Shown here piece after piece: positions 26,511 through 41,800 of a DNA stretch of 64,000 nucleotides. Source of the stretch: Eledone cirrhosa (taxonomy: Eukaryota). Numbering within the stretch: position 1 is the first letter of the stretch; every line of letters begins with the position of its first letter. The notes under the pieces were generated by a model. That model was not told where the DNA came from, searched no databases, and saw only the letters and a list, made by a program, of their open reading frames with translations. The stretch is taken from NCBI GenBank assembly GCA_964016885.1, contig OZ024742.1:108066001-108130000 (forward strand). Reading direction: 5' to 3'. Made by a program: the position numbers and the translations under genes.

Positions 26511-26605
26511 GCAGCACTAGTAGTATTAGTAATAGTAGTACTACTACTACTAGTAGTATTAGTAGTAGTAATAGTAGTAGTAGTTGTGGTGGTGATGGTA
26601 ATGGA
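25080..26605. repeat. Long compound trinucleotide tract (TGC/TGT)n then (GTA)n
   Basis: Direct reading. It generates spurious poly-L/V/N/T/Q ORFs in many frames. Confidence 0.95.
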
Positions 26606-26721
26606 TCCTTTTATTAATATTTTTATTATTCAATAAAGATATTGTTCATCCTTTCACATGTATTATATCCCTTAAAATATATTGGGATTCTCCTATGAAG
26701 TTTTGTGTTGTGATTATTATT

Positions 26722-26870
26722 ATGCTTTGCGGCATAGAGTTACGGCCCTTTACGTTCTGAGTTCAAATCCCGTTGAGGTTAACTTTGCTTTTAATCCTTA
26801 CGGGGTCGAAAAATAAAGTACCAGTAATGTACTGGCATAATTGCTGGCCTTGTACCAAAAGGAGAAACAA
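26722..26870 (+). mobile_element. 5'-truncated SINE family 1
   Basis: ttacgttctgagttcaaatcccgttgaggttaactttgc...aaataaagtaccagtaatgtactgg...gctggccttgtaccaaaaggagaaacaa. Confidence 0.85.
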
Positions 26871-26939
26871 TTATTAATATTTATTATTGTTGTTGTTATT
26901 GCTGTTGTTACGTGTTTTTGTTTTCTGTTTTATTAACCA

Positions 26940-26987
<48 letters not shown>

Positions 26988-27548
26988 TATTTATGACTTG
27001 TCAATTTTCAGTTGTTGTTGTAGTTGCCTTCATATTTCCTGCTGTTGGTACTGTTGTTGTTGCTGTTGTTGCTGCTGTATATGCTGTAGTTGTTGCTGTA
27101 GTTGTTGCTGTTGTTGTTGTTGCTGCTGTAGTTGCATTTGTTATTGTTTTTGTTGTTCTTGTTGAAGCAGTTCGTCTATTATACAGGTACTTTCACTTTT
27201 ACTTTTCGTCGCTTACTCTGCAGCGAGTGTGTATGTATGTATGTATGTATGTATGTATGTATGTATGTATGTATGTATGTATGTATGTATGTATGTATGT
27301 ATGTATGTATGTATGTATGTATGTATGTATGTATGTATGTATGCCTCTCTGTGTGTGGGTGTATGTATGTATTTATTTTGCTTTAGTCCTTGATATTGTT
27401 ATGTTGTTGTTGTTGTTGTTGTTGCTGTTGTGCTTGTTTCCTTCATGTTGTCTTTATATATATTGCATTATATATTTTAATCCTCAAGGATTCCGGAAAC
27501 GTAGAGTAGCTGGAGAGAAAGAAAGAGAAAGAGACGATGGATGATAGA

Positions 27549-27597
<49 letters not shown>

Positions 27598-27670
27598 GAG
27601 GAGGAGGAGGAGGAGGGGAATGTTGAGAAAGAGATGGAGGCAGAGATTTAGATATATTATATATATATAT

Positions 27671-27747
<77 letters not shown>

Positions 27748-27939
27748 GAGAGAGAAGGTGATGGAGAGAGGGAGAGAGAGAGAGAGAGAGATGCATGTAG
27801 TCGAGACGGTGAGAGGAGAGACGAAAGAAGAAAGATGAGAGTGCTTGAAGGAAAAGAGATGGAGAGAAGAGTGAGAGGGAGATAGATAGTTAGATAGATA
27901 GATAGATATGTTTCTTAGATAGATAAAGAGAAACTGTAA

Positions 27940-28794
27940 GATATGTGTGTGAGTATGATTTTGTGAGTGTGTGCGTGTGTGTGCGCGCGCGTGTATGTGT
28001 GTCTGTGTAAGTGTGTGTGTGTAAGTGAGTATGCTTTTGTCTGTATTTGCGCGGTGATTGTCTATGTGTGTTTGTAGCAGTGAGAGTGTATATGTCTATG
28101 CTTTTGTATGTATGTGTGTTTATGTGCGTAATGTGTTTGTTTGTGAGTCTTTGTGTGTATGTCTCTTTGAGTTTGAGTATGTGTGTGTATGTTTATGAGT
28201 GTCTTTTGTGTGTCTTTATGTGTCTTTGTGTGTATGTATGTGTGTATATCTATGTGTGTGTCTTTGTGTGTATGTGTCTTTGAGTTTGTGTATGTGTGTG
28301 CGTGTGTGGTGTGTATGTGCGTGTATGTGTATGTGTATGTGAATGTGTATGTATGTCTGTGCGTGCGTGTGTGTCTATGTGTGTCCGTGTGTGTGTCTAT
28401 GTGTGTGCGTATGTGCGTATGTATGTGCGTATGTGTGTATGTATGAGCGTATGTGTGTATGTATGTGCGTATGTATGTGTATGTATGTCTGTGTGTGTGT
28501 GTGTGTGTTTATGTATGTGTGTATGTATGCCTGTGTGTATATGTGTATGTATGTATCTGTGTGTGTGTGTCTATGTATGTGTGTATGTGTATGTGTGTGT
28601 GTATGTATGTCTGTGTGTGTATGTGTATGTATGTATCTGTGTGTGTCTATGTATGTGTGTATGTGTGTGTGTATGTATGTAGCTGTGTGTGTGTGTGTGT
28701 ATGTGTGTGTGTACTGATGTCTGCATGTCTGTATGTGTATGTATGTATCTGTGTGTGTCTATGTATGTGTGTATGTGTGTGTGTATGTATGCAG

Positions 28795-28834
<40 letters not shown>

Positions 28835-29086
28835 CTGCATGTCTGTATGTGTATGTATGTGTGTGTACATTAGTTAGAAGTAGAGATGAGCTGAAATGAA
28901 AGACAGCAAAAAATAAAATAAAAAAAACCTGCTGCATCCCTCGCAGTTTCCGCCACTTTAATCTCTAAGTATTCTCTTTGATTAACATTTATATAAGACA
29001 TACACATACACACATACACACATACACACACGTACACACATACACATACACACACACACGTACATACATACACATACATACACTTA

Positions 29087-29119
<33 letters not shown>

Positions 29120-29120
29120 G

Positions 29121-29152
<32 letters not shown>

Positions 29153-29200
29153 TACACACATACACATACATACACATACACATTCGTACACACATACACA
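27940..29200. repeat. Degenerate (GT/GTAT)n tract (27940-28870) and oppositely oriented (CA/CATA)n tract (28998-29200)
   Basis: Direct reading. Confidence 0.9.
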
Positions 29201-29257
29201 CAGGGCAGACCGACTAACAGACAAGCAGACATACAGGGCAGAAAGACACATACAGGG

Positions 29258-29289
<32 letters not shown>

Positions 29290-29856
29290 TATACAGGGGA
29301 GACAGACAGACAGACAGACAGACAGACATATATACAGGGGAGACGAATGACTGACAGACAGTCTGACAGACGGATATACAGGGGAGACGGACAGACAGAC
29401 AGATATACAGGGGAGACAGACAGACAGACAGACAGATATACAGGGGAGACGGACACACAGACAGACAGACAGATATACAGGGGAGACGGACAGACAGACA
29501 GGCAGACAGATATACAGGTGAGACGGACAGACAGACAGGCAGACAGATATACAGGTGAGACGGACAGACAGACATACTTACAGGGCAGACCGACTGACAG
29601 TAAGATACATGGCAGACGGATGGATGTACTGTCAGACAGACACACAGACATATAGATAGTCATGGCAAACGGACAGACAGACAGATATATAAGGTGGACT
29701 GACAGATAGATAGACAGGACATGCGGTAGACAGACAGATTGACGAGTCGAGTAGTTAGAGAAACCGATAGACGTGCATGGAGACGAAATGACAGATAGAT
29801 AGAGGCGGCAAGTTATATTGAAAGACAGCCAGACATACATGCAGGGCAGACTAATT
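29200..29856. repeat. Degenerate (GACA)n-based minisatellite (atatacaggggagac + (GACA)n units)
   Basis: Variable ~28-40-bp units grade into the 49-bp satellite. Confidence 0.85.
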
Positions 29857-32800
29857 GTCAGACATTGTTAAAGAGACAGACGACAGACATGCAGACATAT
29901 AAGTGGTCAGACATTGTTAAACAGACAGACGACAGACATGCAGACAGATAAGTGGTCAGACATTGTTAAAGAGACAGACGACAGACATGCAGACATATAA
30001 GTGGTCAGACATTGTTAAACAGACAGACGACAGACATGCAGACAGATAAGTGGTCAGACATTGTTAAAGAGACAGACGACAGACATGCAGACAGATAAGT
30101 GGTCAGACATTGTTAAAGAGACAGACGACAGACATGCAGACAGATATGTGGTCAGACATTGTTAAAGAGACAGACGACAGACATGCAGACAGATAAGTGG
30201 TCAGACATTGTTAAAGAGACAGACGACAGACATGCAGACAGATATGTGGTCAGACATTGTTAAAGAGACAGACGACAGACATGCAGACAGATATGTGGTC
30301 AGACATTGTTAAAGAGACAGACGACAGACATGCAGACAGATAAGTGGTCAGACATTGTTAAAGAGACAGACGACAGACATGCAGACAGATAAGTGGTCAG
30401 ACATTGTTAAAGAGACAGACGACAGACATGAAGACAGATATGTGGTCAGACATTGTTAAAGAGACAGACGACAGACATTCAGACAGATAAGTGGTCAGAC
30501 ATTGTTAAAGAGACAGACGACAGACATGCAGACAGATAAGTGGTCAGACATTGTTAAAGAGACAGACGACAGACATGCAGACATATATGTAGTCAGACAT
30601 TGTTAAAGAGACAGACGACAGACATGCAGACAGATATGTGGTCAGACATTGTTAAAGAGACAGACGACAGACATGCAGACAGATAAGTGGTCAGACATTG
30701 TTAAAGAGACAGACGACAGACATACAGACAGATATGTGGTCAGATATTGTTAAAGAGACAGACGACAGACATACAGACAGATAAGTGGTCAGACATTGTT
30801 AAAGAGACAGACGACAGACATGCAGACAGATAAGTGGTCAGACATTGTTAAAGAGACAGACGACAGACATGCAGACAGATATGTGGTCAGACATTGTTAA
30901 AGAGACAGACGACAGACATACAGACAGATATGTGGTCAGACATTGTTAAAGAGACAGACGACAGACATACAGACAGATAAGTGGTTAGACATTGTTAAAG
31001 AGACAGACGACAGACATGCAGACAGATATGTGGTCAGACATTGTTAAAGAGACAGACGACAGACATGCAGACAGATAAGTGGTCAGACATTGTTAAAGAG
31101 ACAGATGACAGACATGCAGACAGATAAGTGGTCAGACATTGTTAAAGAGACAGACGACAGACATGCAGACAGATAAGTGGTCAGATATTGTTAAAGAGAC
31201 AGACGACAGACATGCAGACATATAAGTGGTCAGACATTGTTAAAGAGACAGAGGACAGACATGCAGACAGATAAGTGGTCAGACATTGTTAAAGAGACAG
31301 ACGACAGACATGCAGACATATAAGTGGTCAGACATTGTTAAAGAGACAGACGACAGACATGCAGACAGATAAGTGGTCAGACATTGTTAAAGAGACAGAC
31401 GACAGACATGCAGACAGATATGTGGTCAGACATTGTTAAAGAGACAGACGACAGACATGAAGACAGATATGTGGTCAGACATTGTTAAAGAGACAGACGA
31501 CAGACATTCAGACAGATAAGTGGTCAGACATTGTTAAAGAGACAGACGACAGACATGCAGACAGATAAGTGGTCAGACATTGTTAAAGAGACATACGACA
31601 GACATGCAGACAGATATGTGGTCAGACATTGTTAAAGCGACAGACGACAGACATGCAGACAGATATGTGGTCAGACATTGTTAAAGAGACAGACGAGAGA
31701 CATGCAGACAGATAAGTGGTCAGACATTGTTAAAAAGACAGACGACAGACATGTAGACAGATAAGTGGTAAGACATTGTTAAAGAGACAGACGACAGATA
31801 TGCAGACAGATATGTGGTCAGACATTGTTAAAGAGACAGACGACAGACATGCAGACAGATATGTGGTCAGACATTGTTAAAGAGACAGACGACAGACATG
31901 CAGACAGATAAGTGGTCAGACATTGTTAAAGAGACAGACGACAGACATGCAGACAGATAAGTGGTCAGACATTGTTAAAGAGACAGACGACAGACATGTA
32001 GACAGATAAGTGGTTAGACATTGTTAAAGAGACCGACGACAGACATGCAGACAGATAAGTGGTCAGACATTGTTAAAGAGACAGACGACAGACATGCAGA
32101 CAGATAAGTGGTCAGACATTGTTAAAGAGACAGACGACTGACATGCAGACAGATATGTGGTCAGACATCGTTAAAGAGACAGACGACAGACATACAGACA
32201 TATAAGTGGTCAGACATTGTTAAACAGACAGACGACAGACATGCAGGCAGATATGTGGTCAGACATTGTTAAAGAGACAGACGACAGACATGCAGACAGA
32301 TAAGTGGTCAGACATTGTTAAAGAGACAGACGACAGACATGCAGACAGATAAGTGGTCAGACATTGTTAAAGAGACAGACGACAGACATGCAGACAGATA
32401 AGTGGTCAGACATTGTTAAAGAGACAGACGACAGACATGCAGACAGATAAGTGGTCAGACATTGTTAAAGAGACAGACGACAGACATGCAGACAGATATG
32501 TGGTCAGACATTGTTAAAGAGACAGACGACAGACATGCAGACAGATATGTGGTCAGACATTGTTAAAGAGACAGACGACAGACATTCAGACAGATAAGTG
32601 GTCAGACATTGTTAAAGAGACAGACGACAGACATGCAGACAGATAAGTGGTCAGACATTGTTAAAGAGACATACGACAGACATGCAGACAGATATGTGGT
32701 CAGACATTGTTAAAGCGACAGACGACAGACATGCAGACAGATATGTGGTCAGACATTGTTAAAGAGACAGACGAGAGACATGCAGACAGATAAGTGGTCA

Positions 32801-35800
32801 GACATTGTTAAAAAGACAGACGACAGACATGTAGACAGATAAGTGGTAAGACATTGTTAAAGAGACAGACGACAGACATGCAGACAGATATGTGGTCAGA
32901 CATTGTTAAAGAGACAGACTACAGACATGCAGACAGATATGTGGTCAGACATTGTTAAAGAGACAGACGACAGACATGCAGACAGATAAGTGGTCAGACA
33001 TTGTTAAAGAGACAGACGACAGACATGCAGACAGATAAGTGGTCAGACATTGTTAAAGAGACAGACGACAGACATGCAGACAGATAAGTGGTTAGACATT
33101 GTTAAAGAGACAGACGACAGACATGCAGACAGATAAGTGGTCAGACATTGTTAAAGAGACAGACGACAGACATGCAGACAGATAAGTGGTCAGACATTGT
33201 TAAAGAGACAGACGACTGACATGCAGACAGATATGTGGTCAGACATCGTTAAAGAGACAGACGACAGACATACAGACATATAAGTGGTCAGACATTGTTA
33301 AACAGACAGACGACAGACATGCAGGCAGATATGTGGTCAGACATTGTTAAAGAGACAGACGACAGACATGCAGACAGATAAGTGGTCAGACATTGTTAAA
33401 GAGACAGACGACAGACATGCAGACAGATAAGTGGTCAGACATTGTTAAAGAGACAGACGACAGACATGCAGACATATATGTAGTCAGACATTGTTAAAGA
33501 GACAGACGACAGACATGCAGACAGATATGTGGTCAGACATTGTTAAAGAGACAGACGACAGACATGCAGACAGATAAGTGGTCAGACATTGTTAAAGAGA
33601 CAGACGACAGACATACAGACAGATATGTGGTCAGATATTGTTAAAGAGACAGACGACAGACATACAGACAGATAAGTGGTCAGACATTGTTAAAGAGACA
33701 GACGACAGACATGCAGACAGATAAGTGGTCAGACATTGTTAAAGAGACAGACGACAGACATGCAGACAGATATGTGGTCAGACATTGTTAAAGAGACAGA
33801 CGACAGACATACAGACAGATATGTGGTCAGACATTGTTAAAGAGACAGACGACAGACATACAGACAGATAAGTGGTCAGACATTGTTAAAGAGACAGACG
33901 ACAGACATGCAGACAGATATGTGGTCAGACATTGTTAAAGAGACAGACGACAGACATGCAGACAGATAAGTGGTCAGACATTGTTAAAGAGACAGATGAC
34001 AGACATGCAGACAGATAAGTGGTCAGACATTGTTAAAGAGACAGACGACAGACATGCAGACAGATAAGTGGTCAGATATTGTTAAAGAGACAGACGACAG
34101 ACATGCAGACATATAAGTGGTCAGACATTGTTAAAGAGACAGAGGACAGACATGCAGACAGATAAGTGGTCAGACATTGTTAAAGAGACAGACGACAGAC
34201 ATGCAGACATATAAGTGGTCAGACATTGTTAAAGAGACAGACGACAGACATGCAGACAGATAAGTGGTCAGACATTGTTAAAGAGACAGACGACAGACAT
34301 GCAGACAGATATGTGGTCAGACATTGTTAAAGAGACAGACGACAGACATGAAGACAGATATGTGGTCAGACATTGTTAAAGAGACAGACGACAGACATTC
34401 AGACAGATAAGTGGTCAGACATTGTTAAAGAGACAGACGACAGACATGCAGACAGATAAGTGGTCAGACATTGTTAAAGAGACATACGACAGACATGCAG
34501 ACAGATATGTGGTCAGACATTGTTAAAGCGACAGACGACAGACATGCAGACAGATATGTGGTCAGACATTGTTAAAGAGACAGACGAGAGACATGCAGAC
34601 AGATAAGTGGTCAGACATTGTTAAAAAGACAGACGACAGACATGTAGACAGATAAGTGGTAAGACATTGTTAAAGAGACAGACGACAGACATGCAGACAG
34701 ATATGTGGTCAGACATTGTTAAAGAGACAGACGACAGACATGCAGACAGATATGTGGTCAGACATTGTTAAAGAGACAGACGACAGACATGCAGACAGAT
34801 AAGTGGTCAGACATTGTTAAAGAGACAGACGACAGACATGCAGACAGATAAGTGGTCAGACATTGTTAAAGAGACAGACGACAGACATGCAGACAGATAA
34901 GTGGTTAGACATTGTTAAAGAGACAGACGACAGACATGCAGACAGATAAGTGGTCAGACATTGTTGAAGAGACAGACGACAGACATGCAGACAGATAAGT
35001 GGTCAGACATTGTTAAAGAGACAGACGACTGACATGCAGACAGATATGTGGTCAGACATCGTTAAAGAGACAGACGACAGACATACAGACATATAAGTGG
35101 TCAGACATTGTTAAACAGACAGACGACAGACATGCAGGCAGATATGTGGTCAGACATTGTTAAAGAGACAGACGACAGACATGCAGACAGATAAGTGGTC
35201 AGACATTGTTAAAGAGACAGACGACAGACATGCAGACAGATAAGTGGTCAGACATTGTTAAAGAGACAGACGACAGACATGCAGACAGATAAGTGGTCAG
35301 ACATTGTTAAAGAGACAGACGACAGACATGCAGACAGATAAGTGGTCAGACATTGTTAAAGAGACAGACGACAGACATGCAGACAGATATGTGGTCAGAC
35401 ATTGTTAAAGAGACAGACGACAGACATGCAGACAGATATGTGGTCAGACATTGTTAAAGAGACAGACGACAGACATTCAGACAGATAAGTGGTCAGACAT
35501 TGTTAAAGAGACAGACGACAGACATGCAGACAGATAAGTGGTCAGACATTGTTAAAGAGACATACGACAGACATGCAGACAGATATGTGGTCAGACATTG
35601 TTAAAGCGACAGACGACAGACATGCAGACAGATATGTGGTCAGACATTGTTAAAGAGACAGACGAGAGACATGCAGACAGATAAGTGGTCAGACATTGTT
35701 AAAAAGACAGACGACAGACATGTAGACAGATAAGTGGTAAGACATTGTTAAAGAGACAGACGACAGACATGCAGACAGATATGTGGTCAGACATTGTTAA

Positions 35801-38800
35801 AGAGACAGACGACAGACATGCAGACAGATATGTGGTCAGACATTGTTAAAGAGACAGACGACAGACATGCAGACAGATAAGTGGTCAGACATTGTTAAAG
35901 AGACAGACGACAGACATGCAGACAGATAAGTGGTCAGACATTGTTAAAGAGACAGACGACAGACATGCAGACAGATAAGTGGTTAGACATTGTTAAAGAG
36001 ACAGACGACAGACATGCAGACAGATAAGTGGTCAGACATTGTTAAAGAGACAGACGACAGACATGCAGACAGATAAGTGGTCAGACATTGTTAAAGAGAC
36101 AGACGACTGACATGCAGACAGATATGTGGTCAGACATCGTTAAAGAGACAGACGACAGACATACAGACATATAAGTGGTCAGACATTGTTAAACAGACAG
36201 ACGACAGACATGCAGGCAGATATGTGGTCAGACATTGTTAAAGAGACAGACGACAGACATGCAGACAGATAAGTGGTCAGACATTGTTAAAGAGACAGAC
36301 GACAGACATGCAGACAGATAAGTGGTCAGACATTGTTAAAGAGACAGACGACAGACATGCAGACAGATAAGTGGTCAGACATTGTTAAAGAGACAGACGA
36401 CAGACATGCAGACAGATAAGTGGTCAGACATTGTTAAAGAGACAGACGACAGACATGCAGACAGATATGTGGTCAGACATTGTTAAAGAGACAGACGACA
36501 GACATGCAGACAGATATGTGGTGAGACATTGTTAAAGAGACAGACGACAGACATGCAGACATATAAGTGGTCAGACATTGTTAAAGAGACAGACGACAGA
36601 TATGCAGACAGATAAGTGGTCAGACATTGTTAAAGAGACAGACAACAGACATGCAGACAGATAAGTGGTCAGACATTGTAAAAGAGACAGATGACAGACA
36701 TGCAGACAGATATGTGGTCAGACATTGTTAAAGAGACAGACGACAGACATGCAGACAGATAAGTGGTCAGACATTGTTAAAGAGACAGACGACAGACATG
36801 CAGACAGATAAGTGGTCAGACATTGTTAAAGAGACAGACGACAGACATGCAGACAGATAAGTGGTTAGACATTGTTAAAGAGACAGACGACAGACATGCA
36901 GACAGATAAGTGGTCAGACATTGTTAAAGAGACAGACGACAGACATGCAGACAGATAAGTGGTCAGACATTGTTAAAGAGACAGACGACTGACATGCAGA
37001 CAGATATGTGGTCAGACATCGTTAAAGAGACAGACGACAGACATACAGACATATAAGTGGTCAGACATTGTTAAACAGACAGACGACAGACATGCAGGCA
37101 GATATGTGGTCAGACATTGTTAAAGAGACAGACGACAGACATGCAGACAGATAAGTGGTCAGACATTGTTAAAGAGACAGACGACAGACATGCAGACAGA
37201 TAAGTGGTCAGACATTGTTAAAGAGACAGACGACAGACATGCAGACAGATAAGTGGTCAGACATTGTTAAAGAGACAGACGACAGACATGCAGACAGATA
37301 AGTGGTCAGACATTGTTAAAGAGACAGACGACAGACATGCAGACAGATATGTGGTCAGACATTGTTAAAGAGACAGACGACAGACATGCAGACAGATATG
37401 TGGTGAGACATTGTTAAAGAGACAGACGACAGACATGCAGACATATAAGTGGTCAGACATTGTTAAAGAGACAGACGACAGATATGCAGACAGATAAGTG
37501 GTCAGACATTGTTAAAGAGACAGACAACAGACATGCAGACAGATAAGTGGTCAGACATTGTAAAAGAGACAGATGAAAGACATGCAGACAGATAAGTGGT
37601 CAGACATTGTTAAAGAGACAGACGACAGACATGCAGACATATATGTAGTCAGACATTGTTAAAGAGACAGACGACAGACATGCAGACAGATATGTGGTCA
37701 GACATTGTTAAAGAGACAGACGACAGACATGCAGACAGATAAGTGGTCAGACATTGTTAAAGAGACAGACGACAGACATACAGACAGATATGTGGTCAGA
37801 TATTGTTAAAGAGACAGACGACAGACATACAGACAGATAAGTGGTCAGACATTGTTAAAGAGACAGACGACAGACATGCAGACAGATAAGTGGTCAGACA
37901 TTGTTAAAGAGACAGACGACAGACATGCAGACAGATATGTGGTCAGACATTGTTAAAGAGACAGACGACAGACATACAGACAGATATGTGGTCAGACATT
38001 GTTAAAGAGACAGACGACAGACATACAGACAGATAAGTGGTCAGACATTGTTAAAGAGACAGACGACAGACATGCAGACAGATATGTGGTCAGACATTGT
38101 TAAAGAGACAGACGACAGACATGCAGACAGATAAGTGGTCAGACATTGTTAAAGAGACAGATGACAGACATGCAGACAGATAAGTGGTCAGACATTGTTA
38201 AAGAGACAGACGACAGACATGCAGACAGATAAGTGGTCAGATATTGTTAAAGAGACAGACGACAGACATGCAGACATATAAGTGGTCAGACATTGTTAAA
38301 GAGACAGAGGACAGACATGCAGACAGATAAGTGGTCAGACATTGTTAAAGAGACAGACGACAGACATGCAGACATATAAGTGGTCAGACATTGTTAAAGA
38401 GACAGACGACAGACATGCAGACAGATAAGTGGTCAGACATTGTTAAAGAGACAGACGACAGACATGCAGACAGATATGTGGTCAGACATTGTTAAAGAGA
38501 CAGACGACAGACATGAAGACAGATATGTGGTCAGACATTGTTAAAGAGACAGACGACAGACATTCAGACAGATAAGTGGTCAGACATTGTTAAAGAGACA
38601 GACGACAGACATGCAGACAGATAAGTGGTCAGACATTGTTAAAGAGACATACGACAGACATGCAGACAGATATGTGGTCAGACATTGTTAAAGCGACAGA
38701 CGACAGACATGCAGACAGATATGTGGTCAGACATTGTTAAAGAGACAGACGAGAGACATGCAGACAGATAAGTGGTCAGACATTGTTAAAAAGACAGACG

Positions 38801-41800
38801 ACAGACATGTAGACAGATAAGTGGTAAGACATTGTTAAAGAGACAGACGACAGACATGCAGACAGATATGTGGTCAGACATTGTTAAAGAGACAGACGAC
38901 AGACATGCAGACAGATATGTGGTCAGACATTGTTAAAGAGACAGACGACAGACATGCAGACAGATAAGTGGTCAGACATTGTTAAAGAGACAGACGACAG
39001 ACATGCAGACAGATAAGTGGTTAGACATTGTTAAAGAGACAGACGACAGACATGCAGACAGATAAGTGGTCAGACATTGTTAAAGAGACAGACGACAGAC
39101 ATGCAGACAGATAAGTGGTCAGACATTGTTAAAGAGACAGACGACTGACATGCAGACAGATATGTGGTCAGACATCGTTAAAGAGACAGACGACAGACAT
39201 ACAGACATATAAGTGGTCAGACATTGTTAAACAGACAGACGACAGACATGCAGGCAGATATGTGGTCAGACATTGTTAAAGAGACAGACGACAGACATGC
39301 AGACAGATAAGTGGTCAGACATTGTTAAAGAGACAGACGACAGACATGCAGACAGATAAGTGGTCAGACATTGTTAAAGAGACAGACGACAGACATGCAG
39401 ACAGATAAGTGGTCAGACATTGTTAAAGAGACAGACGACAGACATGCAGACAGATAAGTGGTCAGACATTGTTAAAGAGACAGACGACAGACATGCAGAC
39501 AGATATGTGGTCAGACATTGTTAAAGAGACAGACGACAGACATGCAGACAGATATGTGGTGAGACATTGTTAAAGAGACAGACGACAGACATGCAGACAT
39601 ATAAGTGGTCAGACATTGTTAAAGAGACAGACGACAGATATGCAGACAGATAAGTGGTCAGACATTGTTAAAGAGACAGACAACAGACATGCAGACAGAT
39701 AAGTGGTCAGACATTGTAAAAGAGACAGATGACAGACATGCAGACAGATAAGTGGTCAGACATTGTTAAAGAGACAGACGACAGACATGCAGACATATAT
39801 GTAGTCAGACATTGTTAAAGAGACAGACGACAGACATGCAGACAGATATGTGGTCAGACATTGTTAAAGAGACAGACGACAGACATGCAGACAGATAAGT
39901 GGTCAGACATTGTTAAAGAGACAGACGACAGACATACAGACAGATATGTGGTCAGATATTGTTAAAGAGACAGACGACAGACATACAGACAGATAAGTGG
40001 TCAGACATTGTTAAAGAGACAGACGACAGACATGCAGACAGATAAGTGGTCAGACATTGTTAAAGAGACAGACGACAGACATGCAGACAGATATGTGGTC
40101 AGACATTGTTAAAGAGACAGACGACAGACATACAGACAGATATGTGGTCAGACATTGTTAAAGAGACAGACGACAGACATACAGACAGATAAGTGGTCAG
40201 ACATTGTTAAAGAGACAGACGACAGACATGCAGACAGATATGTGGTCAGACATTGTTAAAGAGACAGACGACAGACATGCAGACAGATAAGTGGTCAGAC
40301 ATTGTTAAAGAGACAGATGACAGACATGCAGACAGATAAGTGGTCAGACATTGTTAAAGAGACAGACGACAGACATGCAGACAGATAAGTGGTCAGATAT
40401 TGTTAAAGAGACAGACGACAGACATGCAGACATATAAGTGGTCAGACATTGTTAAAGAGACAGACGACAGACATGCAGACAGATAAGTGGTCAGACATTG
40501 TTAAAGAGACAGACGACAGACATGCAGACAGATAAGTGGTCAGACATTGTTAAAGAGACAGACGACAGACATGCAGACAGATAAGTGGTCAGACATTGTT
40601 AAAGAGACAGACGACAGACATGCAGACAGATAAGTGGTCAGACATTGTTAAAGAGACAGACGACAGATATGCAGACAGATATGTGGTCAGACATTGTTAA
40701 AGAGACAGACGACAGACATGCAGACAGATAAGTGGTCAGACATTGTTAAAGAGACAGACGACAGACATGCAGACAGATAAGTGGTCAGACATTGTTAAAG
40801 AGACAGATGACAGACATGCAGACAGATATGTGGTCAGACATTGTTAAAGAGACAGACGACAGACATGCAGACAGATAAGTGGTCAGACATTGTTAAAGAG
40901 ACAGACGACAGACATGCAGACATATAAGTGGTCAGACATTGTTAAAGAGACAGACGACAGACATGCAGACAGATAAGTGGTCAGACATTGTTAAAGAGAC
41001 AGACGACAGACATGCAGACAGATATGTGGTCAGACATTGTTAAAGAGACAGACGACAGACATGAAGACAGATATGTGGTCAGACATTGTTAAAGAGACAG
41101 ACGACAGACATGCAGACAGATAAGTGGTCAGACATTGTTAAAGAGACAGACGACAGACATGCAGACAGATAAGTGGTCAGACATTGTTAAAGAGACAGAC
41201 GACAGACATGCAGACAGATATGTGGTCAGACATTGTTAAAGAGACAGACGACAGACATGCAGACAGATATGTGGTCAGACATTGTTAAAGAGACAGACGA
41301 CAGACATGCAGACAGATAAGTGGTCAGACATTGTTAAAAAGACAGACGACAGACATGCAGACAGATAAGTGGTCAGACATTGTTAAAGAGACAGACGACA
41401 GACATGCAGACAGATATGTGGTCAGACATTGTTAAAGAGACAGACGACAGACATGCAGACAGATATGTGGTCAGACATTGTTAAAGAGACAGACGACAGA
41501 CATGCAGACAGATAAGTGGTCAGACATTGTTAAAGAGACAGACGACAGACATGCAGACAGATAAGTGGTCAGACATTGTTAAAGAGACAGACGACAGACA
41601 TGCAGACAGATAAGTGGTTAGACATTGTTAAAGAGACAGACGACAGACATGCAGACAGATAAGTGGTCAGACATTGTTAAAGAGACAGACGACAGACATG
41701 CAGACAGATAAGTGTTCAGACATTGTTAAAGAGACAGACGACTGACATGCAGACAGATATGTGGTCAGACATCGTTAAAGAGACAGACGACAGACATACA

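Noticed and set aside
25041-26636. Long poly-V/L/N/T/Q ORFs (mucin- or prion-like)
   Set aside because: They are open in many frames on both strands because the DNA is a triplet microsatellite; there is no domain or splice support.
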